Origin: the human T2T-CHM13v2.0 reference genome, Homo sapiens
Direction: 5' to 3' (one strand)
Assembly (NCBI RefSeq): GCF_009914755.1
Contig: NC_060942.1
Length of the DNA: 64,000 nucleotides
Below the pieces are notes generated by a model. The model was not told the DNA's origin and searched no databases. It was given only the letters and a program-made list of their open reading frames with translations. Position numbers and translations under genes: made by a program. Shown piece by piece: positions 13,299-27,800 of the stretch (positions are counted from its first letter, which is position 1; every line of letters starts with the position of its first letter).

Positions 13299-13829
13299 CT
13301 ACTCAATTTTTTTCAAGGCCTTCCCAGAACCACTAAATTGATTGACATGAAGATTTTTGGTCATATTATGTTTGTCTCCAAGGCTTAGTCATTTAGTCTC
13401 TGAGTCTTAATGCAAAGTTGGTCTTGCATTAAGGAAATGGAGAATTTAGGGGACAATAAAAATAAAGTATTTTGAAATTTAAATAGATCAATAATTAACA
13501 CTTCTGAAAAGAAATATGAAAACTGGAGTTTTATTCTCCTTTTTCAAAAGAAGATATGATTGTAGCAGTGCAACTACTTTTTTCCAAATTATAGCATAAT
13601 ATATATATATATACAAGAAAAAATAGTAGGAAAAAATGGCATGGGTGACATTATAATTAATGATATTTCTGATTTTTATATGAAAAATGACTAGAAATGT
13701 TCTTAAAAGCTAACAGGAAACTCAACTCTAAATATTATACTTTATAAAAATGCCTAAAAATTCAGTTGAACAGAGGTGTCAACTCTTTTTATTATAAAAT
13801 ACTAACTCATGCCAAAAATATATTAAGGA

Positions 13830-15780
13830 AAACTATTCAGCTATTGACTTATTCCATTGCAAACACATACATAACTACTACCCAGAGCAAGGACTAGAAT
13901 ATTGACAGAAAGCCAGCATACCCTCAGAGGTTTGTTTCTATCATAACCCTCCCTTTAACCTCTAAAAAATGACTACTTATCTGAATATTATGGCATCAAT
14001 TCATTGTTTGCCTTTTCACCACCCAAGTTTACATTCCTACATATTATAGTATAACTGTGGTTAATTTCATAGAATTGGAATCACACACATATATATATAT
14101 ACATTTTGCCTTTCATCATTTGTTCACATTAAACATGATGCTTTTGAATTCATTTGTATTATGTTGTATAATTATATGTCATGCATTTCAAAGTATTTTA
14201 TTGTGTAAATATACCACATTCTATTTATTCATGCTTCTGCTGATCAACATTTAGATTATTTTGAAATTATGTCAATTATGAATAATGACCCTATGAACAT
14301 TCACATTATATCTCTCCTGGAACACATACACCTATATTTTTGTTGAGTATTGACAGACTCTCTTCTTAACCAAACTTCAGTCAGGCTCCTTTGAGCCCTC
14401 TTCTCAATAAGGCTTCCACCTTGGCCCCATCCTGCCCTCAGCCTCCTTAGTACAGTATTAGCCAGTATTCCGCTAAGCCAGTTTGAGAACCCTCCCACCC
14501 TTGATATCTGACCACGTTTTATGTTTAAGTCCTTGGCTTGCCTTTTGCAAGAAACCTCTTAGGTCAGTTTATCAAGAATCCCCCTACCCTTAGTAATTTT
14601 CTATCCACTGACTGCCTCACTCTGCTCTTTGATATAAATCCTCAGATATCTCTCCTCTATCAGGAGCCCAATCTCTTTTCCCTTCACAGCAGTCTTGAAT
14701 AATGTCTTCCTAACTTTTTTAACGTGTGTCAGAATATTTTTAATTGTATACCTTGAGGAATAAATTGCTTAGTCATATGACATATGCATCTTAAAATTAA
14801 TCAAGAGTTCCTATCTTCTGCAATGATTATAACAATTTATATATCTACTATCAATATATGAGAATTTTATGATTTCTCCTTGTGTGCCATCCCCTGGTTC
14901 TTTAAATTCTAGCCATTCTTATGGATGTTATAATAAATTTTATTACTGTTTAATTTGTATTTCCTTGGTTACTGATAAGGTGAAGCACATTTCTTTATGT
15001 ATACTGACCATTTAAATCATTAGAATATCCCACTTTGTGTCTTGTATATGTTAACTTACACCTGTTTGGAGCTTTAGCTTATGTTCTCATGAGTTTTCTC
15101 TCTTTCTTGTTTACACGAAGTTATCTGTATATTCTCAAAATAAGTCTTTGTGATTACATGTGTTGCGAATAACATCTTTTCCCCTCTTTAATGTCGAATT
15201 TTGGTTTACATTTAGAGATGTTACATTTAATGCCATTTTGTTTGTAAATTTTTTCTCTATGATGAGTGTGTTTTGTATGCTGCTTAAATATTTTTCTAGA
15301 CTGAGGTCATATTCTATTAGTTAAATTAAATTCATTTATTTGCCTGTTTAATCGATTAGTTCGTATATGTTTGTGAGTGTGTTTTGCATGTCTATGTTCA
15401 ATCTCTGTGGGTTTCAGACTTCTTCTGTCCAATATGCAATAACATTCAAAGTTTTGGGGTTTTGTTTGTGAGGAGCTTCTCGTCTTCACACCATTTATGA
15501 AAGGACTGCCTTTCCTCCACTGCTTCGATGTGACATTTCTGTTGTAAATCAAGTGTCCAAATCTCCACAGGGCTATTTGAAGCACTCTATTTTTTCCCTG
15601 TTCTGTCATCTACCCTTGCATCAGAACCATATGCTTTGAAACTTGGCTTTATATATGGCAGTGCAAGTCCTCCCACATTTTTCTCTAAGAGTGCTTTGGC
15701 TATTTTTGGGTCTTTGCATTTCCATGTCAATTTTAGATATATCTTGCCAAGTTTCATATAAAATATTGTGAATGAATGAT
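13830..15780 (-). mobile_element. Old L1 (L1ME-type) fragments interrupted by a MER31 LTR
   Basis: Antisense L1M motifs (ttattatgaataatgaccctatgaacatt; ttaatttgtatttccttggttactgataagg; gctatttttgggtctttgcatttccatg). Confidence 0.7.
14351..14745 (+). mobile_element. ERV1 solo LTR (MER31-like)
   Basis: Start tgacagactctcttcttaaccaaacttcagtcaggctcctttgagccctcttctc; TATA-like gatataaat at ~14631; gtat flanks on both sides. Confidence 0.75.
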
Positions 15781-17499
15781 TTAATTTGCAGGCAGAAGCC
15801 TTTTAGTGTCTCCTAACTGACATGATCTGAGTGTGGTGGAGCATCCGGGAACAGTATGGAGTTTGTAGGAAGATAACATCTTTTAAGGTAATTGGCTTCT
15901 ATCACTCAAGCTGCCCCATACTCTAAGGCTTGTTCTTTCAGATGTCAGCAGACAGGCACACTTGCCATAAAACTTCCTGGTTCTGGGAAGCAGAAACATA
16001 CTGTTTCTGATATGAGGCGAGAGATGTGAAGGAGCTTTTTCCTGGGGTCTGAGGACAAGATTAATAGGAGAGAATGCATGAGTTGTGCTGTGCCTCCTGC
16101 ACTCTCTGGGAACCAAACCTTGAGTAAAACAGGTGCTCACACATCCTTTAATAATTGCATATAATATGTGCATGAGATATCCAGGACTGTTTAAGAGCAG
16201 GGGCCCACATACCCAAGTCTAAAGCCAATATACTTAAACAGATTGGAAAAGCAGTTTCCCTGGGATTTGTGGATCATGCTCAGATTAAACCCCAGTGGAA
16301 ACATGAGACCTAGAGTTAGACAGCAAACAGTCCTTAAGGAAATACCATGATCTTACTTGGAATTACAATGCTTAATTTAGACCTACATCTTATGTTGCAT
16401 GCTATGTCTAAATATTTAAATGTTTCCCATCAAAACGCTGGTATCTCAGCCTGCCTTCCCAGGCAGGGTCTTCTTGCACCCTCTGCTGAGGTTCACTCTG
16501 TGAGATGGACTAGCTTTCTCCCTTCCAACATGAGTGGGAGTGAGAATTTGCAGAACTGAAGTGAAGGATGGAAGCTGGGCCCGGGCCCAGGCCCAGGCCT
16601 CGAGGGCAGGGACTAGACCTGCCAGGACAAGAGTGAGGTCTGATCAGATTAAGACTCCCAGGTTGCCTGGCAGGCAAGTTTCTCCTTAAACCACATATGT
16701 TCACCTGAAAATTTCCAATCCTTTTTGTAAGCCCCAGGCAGAGCTAAATCCTTGAAAAGAGAGGAGGGAAGAAGCGCAGCTGTCTGGGATACCTCATCTA
16801 CCTGGACTTTGGAGCAGCTCATGTTGAACAAAAGCAGCGGCTCTTTCTTGGTTTTCTAGAGCAGAGCCTGTTATTCCCTCTCACCCACGCCCAGTCCCTC
16901 CTTGCAAACACAAGCATACACTCATGCTATACTTTGGGAGCTCAATACTGCTCCCAGAGTGTTACCAAATCTGGAACTCTGCCAAAGCAGGTGTGAATGA
17001 ATTCCATTTATCCTGGACATTGTAGAAACCATTGCATTTTAGCTATTTTTTCAACTTAAAAACATTAATTTCATAGATTATCATAAAATTTATAACCTTA
17101 TTTTGACATTTATTCTTTTTAAAAATATATATACCAGAAGCTTTAAAAAATGAAAATGGCCCAGAATTCTATTAATCTCTCAGAAACTCTTGTCTATAAA
17201 GCAACCAAGTGAGCATTCTTACCACTTATAGTAATAATGAAATGTAATAAAGTACTCTGCAAAATACTTTGTGCAAAACCTTTGCTACATGTTAGAATCA
17301 TGGCCCGGCCATCCCACTCCTGGCATTTTTCATCTTTGAGACTCAGGCTCTTTGAAAAGTTGCCCTGGCAATGTGATTGCACAGTCACACTTGAAAGCCA
17401 TTGATCTCATGTTCATTAAGCTCCTGTTCTGTGCAGGACACTGCTAAACTCCTTGAATACATTTTCTTTTTTTCTGTGATAAAACTGCATCGTCACTTT

Positions 17500-18255
<756 letters not shown>

Positions 18256-18273
18256 AATATATAAACCTTAAAG

Positions 18274-19739
18274 TGTCACAGGATCCTTGGGGTGTCACTT
18301 CACCAGTCAGAAACCTCTGTGGGCAGTGGCATCTTTGCCCGAGTTTTGATAAGGCCCACTGGGCTCATTCTACCCACTAGGCCTGGCAGGCTGTGCTCAG
18401 CTGATACTACTCCCACACCTGCCAAAGGTGAGCCAGGCACAGAGCAGTGAAGGGTGTGTGAGCAAGTGAGCACAGGGTCTGGTCACTGTGCACAGCCAGA
18501 CACACCAGCTCGCTGCGATGCTGCATCTGGACCAGGTATACCACAAGCAGCTTCCACTGCAGGTACCAGGGAATGCAATGGTGCCCAGAAGCTTGGAGAC
18601 AACAGGAACCACAGAGCCCCAAAAAGGGTGTCACAGCCCTGGCTCACAGAGCTCCTAGATTTGGGCTCCCCAAAGGGCTGCAGCTCTCCTCTCTTTCTGT
18701 CTTCTCTCCCTCTTGTCACCCACAACATGGTGAGTGGAGGTGGACATGTTTCAGACCCATTTGTATTAAAGCTCTTTTAGTCCCACAATTTGGCAGGTCC
18801 TGAGTTCCTGTCCTGCATCCAGGAAGAATGAGGTATGCAAACAACTGGAGGTTGAGCAAGGTGAAAAGGTCCTTTACTGAGGACAGTACAGCTCTCAGAA
18901 GATTTGAAGTGGGTAGCTCGTTTCCACAGGCAGGTCACACCATTGTCTCTGCAGCACTCAGGGTAGAGGAAACCCAGAGTGGGTAGCTCCTAGCCACAGG
19001 AAGGTCATCCCATCATCTGAGTGTGGCTGAGTCCGGTGTTTTTATGGGCTTCAGAGGGGAGGAAGTGCATGCTGATTAGTTCATGGGTGGTGATAAGTTC
19101 TCACTCCAGTTTGTGGAACTGAGAGCCCAGCCACCAGGCCTCAGGCCATCCCTGGCTTGAAAGTGGGACTTCACCAAGGACCCACCCCTTTCCACCCAGA
19201 AGCCTGTCTGCCTCCTGCTGCCATCAACCTCCAGGGTGCCCAGGCTATTCGTACCAATGGACACCTGAAGACACATGCCAAGCCACCCTCAGTACCCCCT
19301 TGGCCTCCCTCTCATGCCCATTGGCACCCAAAGTCCAGAGATGGCCAAGACATCAGGGAGCTGGCATGTCAGCACCACCCCAAGTGTGTGCCCACATGGC
19401 CAGCTTGCAACAGTGCTGGGGCTCAGCCCCAACTTTACTCCAAAATCAGAGTGAGCACCAAGAATGTGAAGATGCCAGGCAGCAGGAGTTGCCTGTGGGG
19501 GCAGGAGGGCTTCCCAGGTTTCCCAGAGTGGAGGGATACCCAGGTCTGCAGCTGCAGCTGGGTGGCTGCAGCTGTGCCTGGGAGGGCGGGGCTCCCAACC
19601 CTCCAACTCAGAAGGGGTGGGGCTTCTGCCTGTTCCTGGCTCCCCGCTTGCTCCCTGGAGCATGCAGCCCTGGCCATGCCTCCCCTGCTGCAGCCAGCAA
19701 CATGGCAGCAGTGCTCCAGATGGGCTGTTGTGGCTATCA
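18274..19739 (-). mobile_element. ERV1 solo LTR, MER52A-like (~1.47 kb)
   Basis: TG...CA ends; reverse complement starts tgatagccacaacagcccatctggagcactgctgccatg; GC-rich body explains the overlapping ORFs; flanks aaag/aaat. Confidence 0.85.
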
Positions 19740-21869
19740 AAATTATTATTGTTTCCTCTCTCCCTTTTCCTTTTCACATTATTCCTCCATTATATAACTG
19801 TGGCTGGCTTTTTCTACTCCTTTTCTTTAATTTAATATGTATGCTGCAGGTGGAATATATAAGTTCTATACACTAAAGGTGGGGGAATTTGCCATAAATT
19901 TCTTTACCAACACTGTTATGTCCAAAACTTCTTAAATGGAACCAAGAGGTCTGCTGAGGCTAGAAGAGAGTGAAACAGTGACAGTGGAAAGAACATAACT
20001 GTCATGTGGGCTAGTTTTCTCAAAGAATCACTGAAAGAAAAGTCATGCCCCATGCTTCACAAGTATTCTCTCATCTCATTTTAATTCATGAACGGTTAAG
20101 CATTCAGCTTAAGCCAAACTTGAACATTTTATTGATTCATTCAGTACTATTCATGAAGATCATTTGTACTCACACAGTACGTTAGTGACTGGTGTTATTA
20201 GGTGAAAATGGAAATCTAGCTGAAAAGAGAAAAAGGAGCCATATATTGGGGAGCAATTACCATATAAATAGGCATTAACTATCTAAGAGAATTCTCCAAC
20301 ACAAAATAAGTGAAATAGGCCTTTTGGGGTGTTATTTCTGAGATTTCAAGTTGAAATGCTATTTTAACACACTCTCTCTCCCTCTTTGGCATTAGCAGAG
20401 GGAGAAAATCCTAAGGTTAAAATTTTCAAATGTTCATACTATAACTATGATATATATATATATAAACCTGTTATCCAGTTACAGTGTATAAAAGGGTACA
20501 AAGTTAGAAACACTGCTATGATTTTTTTATATGGAAATCAAAATAGCGTATCATCAACATTCTAATAATATATAAAAAATATATTAGGGAGGTTTAATAA
20601 AATCATGCAGATTAAAAATACTCAGAGTTTTAATTTATTTTTTGTCAGTTTTTAAGGGTTATAGAGGAGTTTCCTGAAATCGGTTTGGCATGAGGTGGTG
20701 ATATTTTCAAGATAAATAGAAAATACAAGAGAATATGAAACCTTTTAAATCTAAGTCCTTATGGAATTTGAATACATGTATTGATTTGCTTTGCCATTAA
20801 CTTAATATGCAACTTGAAATATAAGTTATTACTTTACTTTGTTTATCTAAAAAGTGAATTAAAGCTGTTACACAATAAAATAAATTTTTTAAAAGAAAGA
20901 ATAATTTATTGCAGGGACTGTTTATTCTTTTTATGTATATGTTCAAATATATTTTCCTATAATCTCCCCAAAAAGTGAATTAAGGTTATTTAACTATAAA
21001 GAAAGTAGGTTTTAAAAAAAGACTACAAAGTTAGGAAAGATTTTTCTGTCTCCTTTATTTCTAATATGTGTTGTTTATATTTTGAAAATCCTACAATTTT
21101 TGCATATTTGTTGAAGATACAGGTGACTCTTTCTGTTTGACTTCAAAGACAATGATCATTACATTTGAATAATGTCTCACATTTCACAAAATCAATTTAA
21201 ATTATGTAGAACTGATAATAACTCTGCAAGGAAATTAATGCTCAATGACCATGTGCAATATAGCTAGTGTCTAAAGTTAAGCAAACATTACTGAGACACA
21301 AAGCCAAGTGCAAACTTCTACTTCTGTATTATATCCAGTATACTAAACTGCTTCTGAAATAACAATGAAATAGATAATCTTTTTAAATAATAAATTATGC
21401 CTTCCTTGCAAGTATATACATTGGCTAATGTAATTTATAGGGTCCCTGAACATTAGCCAAGTCGATATTTGGCATTACCTAATATTCTTATAATAATTAT
21501 CATAGAGATTGCATTGTATTTGAATAAGGCTTTAGGGTTTATAAATCGCTATTATGTAAGTTGGCTCATTTAGCTATAACCAAATGTATGGCTTAGTCAT
21601 TTGCTATGTGACCTCATCCCAATTCACATAGGAAAATTTCCATCCTATCACTTATTCAGAGCTAAAGCTTTCCAGGGCGTCTGTGATAACAGTCTTTAGA
21701 AATTCAAACAAGTGTGAGGAGGTTATGTTTATTCAGCAACAATCCCCACTCCAAATCAGTTGATACTGACCTCCAAAACATTTCAGTGTCTTCTAAATAA
21801 GGTTTATTCACCCACTGAATCTAAATGTTTTGAATGAACCTCTAAACAAATATACATCTTCTCTTTTTC

Positions 21870-21995
21870 TTTTTTATTCAGGTGAAATTTGTATAACATG
21901 AAATTGACCATCTTAAAGTGAAAAACTCAGTGGCATTTCGTACATTCACAATGCTGCGAAACCACCACCTCTATCTAGTTCAAACACATTTTGCA
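21870..21995 (-). mobile_element. Short L1MB-type 3' terminus
   Basis: ttttattcaggtgaaattt...gtggcatttcgtacattcacaatgctgcgaaaccaccacctctatctagtt. Confidence 0.75.
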
Positions 21996-22099
21996 TTTTC
22001 AGTTTTGACTGTGTTCCACTCACTGTGCTAATGCTGACTGAAGGCTGAAGAGACATCATTTCTGAGCTCAAGAAACTCCCAGACTAGCGGGGAAGACAC

Positions 22100-23345
22100 A
22101 CTTCGACAGGACGATTTCCAGTGCTCTGTGTTGGTGCCAGGACAGAGGAGAAAACAGAACCCTCTTGGATGGGAAAGGAAAGCTCCTCTTGGGGTAGGGA
22201 AAGTGTTGGCAAAAGTGAAGCTTATCACATCTGATTAGATCTTTAAAGGCTAGAAAAGAATTATCCCTCCCAAAGAGGAAAGGAAAACATTTTCCAGGCT
22301 GAGAGAATGCAGAGATGAAACTATGGAAGCTTGGAACAGCACCATGTAGGGAACATTAAGTACTTCGCTCAAGCTGGAGCGTAATATTTGGAAGGCAGGA
22401 AGGAAAAGTGCGCGGAGATGGGACTAACGCGTGGGCAGAAGCAGATCATGAAACGCAGTGAAAAGCACTCTTCTTAGGAGCTAGAAAACATTATTTGGCA
22501 TGAAATAACCAAATACTGAACCATTATAGCTGCTCTGGTCAGATGTTGATTTTGCATAGATCACCTCTTTGCGGTATCATTCACTCATCGGTGGGAGGCA
22601 AGAATGGAGGCAAGGATGGCCACAAGAACGTCAATTGCGGCTGTTACTGAAATCCTGGATGGCCAACGGCAGCCACAGAAACAGAGAAAGAGCATTTAAG
22701 TAATAATTGGGGAGTAAAATGTGTGAAACATGGAAATTTTACATATGTTTGCTGAGAGTAAGAGAGGCCAGAAGTAGTACCCAGGTTCCTAAGTTGACTG
22801 ACAGGAGAAAAGCTCATACCAACAAATTCAAAAGTAAATTCAAGTATAAAATGAGTTGATTTCATTTGTAATGAGTTCTGTTGAGACACACTGTATTTGC
22901 AATGCCTGTGGTCCCTCCAGTGGTGTAACCCTGGAGTTTGGGATAGAGGTGGGCCACAGATACAGTTAGCATACCACATATGGGCTGTGGTTAAACTCAA
23001 TCTCAGGCATGGATGAGATACTATCAGGAGATAATGTAAACTAAGTAACTGGGTAAAAATCAAAACAAGGTCACAGCCTAGGGATATTAAATAAAGATTA
23101 AAAATGAACATTTAGCAACTAGCATACTACTGGATGACTCTATGAGAACAATTTCACATTTAAGATACGAGTTGACACATGAATTTTGTATAATGAGGTA
23201 GAGACAAGACATAATCCAATTATCTTGGAAACCATGTCTGAGAAAATTAGAAATAGTAGAAACAAAAGGCTATTGTGGGACCTGCCACAGTGAGGGCCAC
23301 AGGTGATCTGAGATCATAGTTACTTAAAAGTTTCAATAATGGTGG
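22100..23345 (-). mobile_element. L2 fragments
   Basis: Degenerate antisense L2 motifs (gattttgcatagatcacctct; cccaggttcctaagttgactgac). Confidence 0.55.
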
Positions 23346-23350
23346 TTGTG

Positions 23351-23960
<610 letters not shown>

Positions 23961-24854
23961 AGTGGTTTTGGCAAATGGATATGAAAAGTAATAGAAATTA
24001 ATACAATCATTGAAATTGTATTTGTTTTAGAATTTATTGTGATAATGACTGGGTTTTTCTTAAAAACAACAACAACAAAACACCAACACATAAAACAAAA
24101 ATATAAAATATGACTAGAATTATGTCACTAGTGTACAGATTTTTATCTTGGACTGGATATTTATGACAATAGAGTAACTGAAATTCCAAAAATATTCCTG
24201 CACATTTTATTTTCAGGTCAAATAACCTATAGTGTGATAATAAAACCATTGATTCCTTCAGGTGAATAGTGATGTCTAAGTCCCATCCTTCTCATTACTA
24301 ATTACCTGAGCAGCTAGAAGACCAAGTCATAGAATACTAAATGAAATAAATACTAAATGAAATAAAAACAAGCATGCAAACAATATTCTAATAGATTACT
24401 GTGTTGTCACATTTATCTTGGATAATTTGAACTATTTCTCCAATGACATTGCTTGACCATTTGTTTCTCTGTCTTTGGGGCATTGCCGAAGATAAAGGGC
24501 TGCTGCTATATTTGATAGCTTTCATATATTCAGCCCATCTCTAGCTGTAAGGGTGTTTTTCCTGAATCTAATCATCAATATGCCAAGAGCCAGTGTGACT
24601 GGTGTTTATCTTCAGCAGAGTAGAGGAAAAAGGGATTAAAATCAGTTTTCATCATGTAATTGTTACAGTGACTACCCAGCTAGTCATAAGTTTTAAAACA
24701 CTAGATACAGTTGCTGACTTATTAACTTATTTTACTCTAACTCAATTAATTTAAAGTGATAAATATTATATTGTGAAAAGAATAAAGGGTAAAAAGGAAA
24801 TTCCTAACAAATCTATCAGAATCTTTATCAATATATTATTGCTTTGCATAACTT

Positions 24855-27800
24855 TTTAAAAAATTTATGTAGGTATGTGGTAAGTGTATATATTTATGGT
24901 ATACACGAGATATTTTGATACAGGCATACAAAGTGTAATAATCACATCACTGTAAATAAGGTATCCATTACATAAAGCATTTAACTATTCTTTGTGTTAC
25001 AAATAAGCCAATTAAACTCTTTCATTATTTTGAAATGCACAAGAAATTATTGCTGATTGTAGTCACCCCATTGTGCTATCAACTACTAGATCCTGCTCAT
25101 TCTTTGTATATTTGTACCTATTAACCATCCTTATTTCCCCATGTCCCCACTACCCTTCCCAGCCTTTGGTAACCATCATTCTACTCTCTATCTCCATGAG
25201 TTCAATTGTTTTCATTTTTAGCTCCCACAAATAAGTGAGACCATACAAAGTTTGTCTTTCTGTGCCTGGTTTATTTCACTTAACGTAATCTTCTCCAGTT
25301 CCATCTATGTTGTTGGAAATGACAGAATCTCATTCTTTGTTTATGGCAGAATGGTACTCCATTGTGTATATGTACCATATTTTCTTTATCCATTTGTCTG
25401 CTGATAGACACATAGTTTCCTTCCAAATACTGTCTATTGTGAATAGTGCTGCAATAAACATAGGCGTATAGATATCTCTTCAACATACTAATTCTCTTTC
25501 CTTTGAGTATATACCAGTGGAATTGGCAGCTCTGTTTTTAGTTTTTTGAAGAGGCTCTTTACTGTTCTTCATTCTAATTTACATTCCCACCAACATGTAC
25601 TAATTTATATTCTGACAAGTAGTGTACAAAGATTGATTTTTCTTTACATTCTCATCAGCATTTGTTATTGCCTGCCTTTTGGACATAAGCCATTTTAACT
25701 GGGGAGAGATGATATCTCATTGTAGTTTTTGTTTGCATTTCTCTGATGATCAGTGATGTTGAGCAACTTTTCCTATAACTGTTTGCCATCTGTATGTCTT
25801 TTTTTTTTAAATATCCATCCAGATCTTTGGCCCATTTTTTAATAGAATTATTGCATTTCTCCCTATTGAGTTGTTTGAGCTCCTTATATATTCTGGTTAT
25901 TGATCACTTATCAGATGAATAGTTTGCAATTATTTTCTCCCATTCTGTGAGTTGTCTGTTGATTGTTTCCTATGTTATGCAAGGGCTTTTTAATTTGATG
26001 TGATCTCATTTGTCCATTTTTGTTTTGGTTGCCTGTGCTTTTGGGGTATTACTCAAGAAATCTTTGCCCACTCCAATGTCCTGGAGATTTTCTCCAATTT
26101 TTTCTTATAGTAGTTTCATAGTTTGAGGTATTATATTTAAGTCTTTAATACATTTTGATTTGATTTTTGTATATGGTGAGAGATAGGGGTCTAGTTTCAC
26201 TCTTCTGCATACGGTTATCCAGTTTCCCCAGCACCATTTAATGCAGAGACTGTATTTTTACCAGTGTATGTTCTTGGTATCTTTGTCAAAAATGAGTTCA
26301 CTGCAGGTGTGTGGTATTTCTGGCTTCTCTATTCTGTTCTATTGGTCTTTGTACCTTTTTTATACCACTACCGTGTTGTTTTGGTTACAATAGCTCTGTA
26401 GTATAATTTGAAGTCAGGTAATGTAATTTCTCCAGTTTTATACTTTTTGCTCAGGATGACTTTGTCTATTATGGGTCTTTTGTGGTTCCATATAAATTTT
26501 TAGGATTTTTCCCCTATTTTCACGAAGAATGTCATTGGTATTTTGGCATGAATTGCATTGAATCTGTAGACTGCTTTGGGTAGTAGGGGTATTTTAACAA
26601 TATTGATTATTGCAATTCACGAATATGCAATATCTTTTTCTTTTTTGCTGTCCTCTTTAATTTCTTGCATCAATGTCTTATAGCTTTCATTGTAGAGATC
26701 TTCCATTTCTTTGGTTAAGTTTCTTCCTTGGTATTTTATTTTGTTTGTAGCTATTATATTTATTTGTAGCTATTATAAATGGGATTACTTTCTTGATTTC
26801 TTCTGCAGATTTTTCATTGTCGGCATATAGAAATGCTACCAATTTTTGTATGTTGACTTTGTATCTTGAAAATTTTTGAATTTGTTTATCAGTTCTAACA
26901 GGGTTTTTTGGTGAAATCTTTAGGTTTTTCCAAATATAAGATTATAACATCTACAAAAAAGTATAATTTGACTTCTTCCTTTCCAGTTTAGATGTACTCT
27001 GTTTCTTTCTCTTGTGTGATTGCTGTAGGTGGGACTACCAGTCAGTGTTGAATAACAGTGATAAAACAGGCATTCCTGTCTTGTTCCAGATCTTAGAGGA
27101 CTGGCTTTCAGTTTTTTGCCTTTGAGTATGATACTAGCTCTTGGTCTGTCATATATGGGTTTTATCATGTTGAGATATGTTCCTTCTATACCCAGTTCTT
27201 TGAGCATTTTTATTATGAAGGCATGTTGAATTTTATCAAATTTTTTAGCATCAATTGAAATGATGATATGGTTTTTGTCCTTCATTCTGTTGAGATGATG
27301 TATCACATGGATTAATTTGCATATGTCATGCATGCATAAGTTTACTGCAGCACTGTTCACAACAGCAAAGACTTGGAACCAACCCAAATGTCCATCAGTG
27401 ATAGACTGGATAAAGAAAATGTGGCACATATACACCATGGAATATTATGCAGCCATAAAAAAGGATGAATTCATGTCCTTTGCAGGGACATGGATGAAGC
27501 TGGAAACCACCATTCTCAGCAAACTAACACAGGAACAGAAAACCAAATACCACATGTTCTCACTATAAGTGGGAGCTGAACAATGAGAACACATGGACAC
27601 ATATAGAGGAACATCACACACTGGGGCCTGTCAGGGGTTGAAGGGCTAGGGGAGGGATAACATTAAGAGAAATACCTAATGTAGATGATGGGTTGAGAGG
27701 TGCAGCAAACCACCATAGCATGTGTATACCTATGTAACAAACCTGCACATTCTGCACATGTATCCCAGAACTTAAAGTATAATAATAAAAAAAATTGCAT

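Noticed and set aside
13406-13433. Perfect 10-bp hairpin cttaatgcaa-N8-ttgcattaag
   Set aside because: About one such stem is expected by chance in 64 kb of AT-rich DNA; too short for a pre-miRNA
16577-16605. gggcccgggcccaggcccaggcctcg GC-rich mini-repeat
   Set aside because: Too short; no CpG island or other promoter support
19157-19876. Longest ORF in the window (239 aa) and overlapping ORFs
   Set aside because: Lie in the GC-rich MER52 LTR, are open in several frames on both strands, and resemble no known protein
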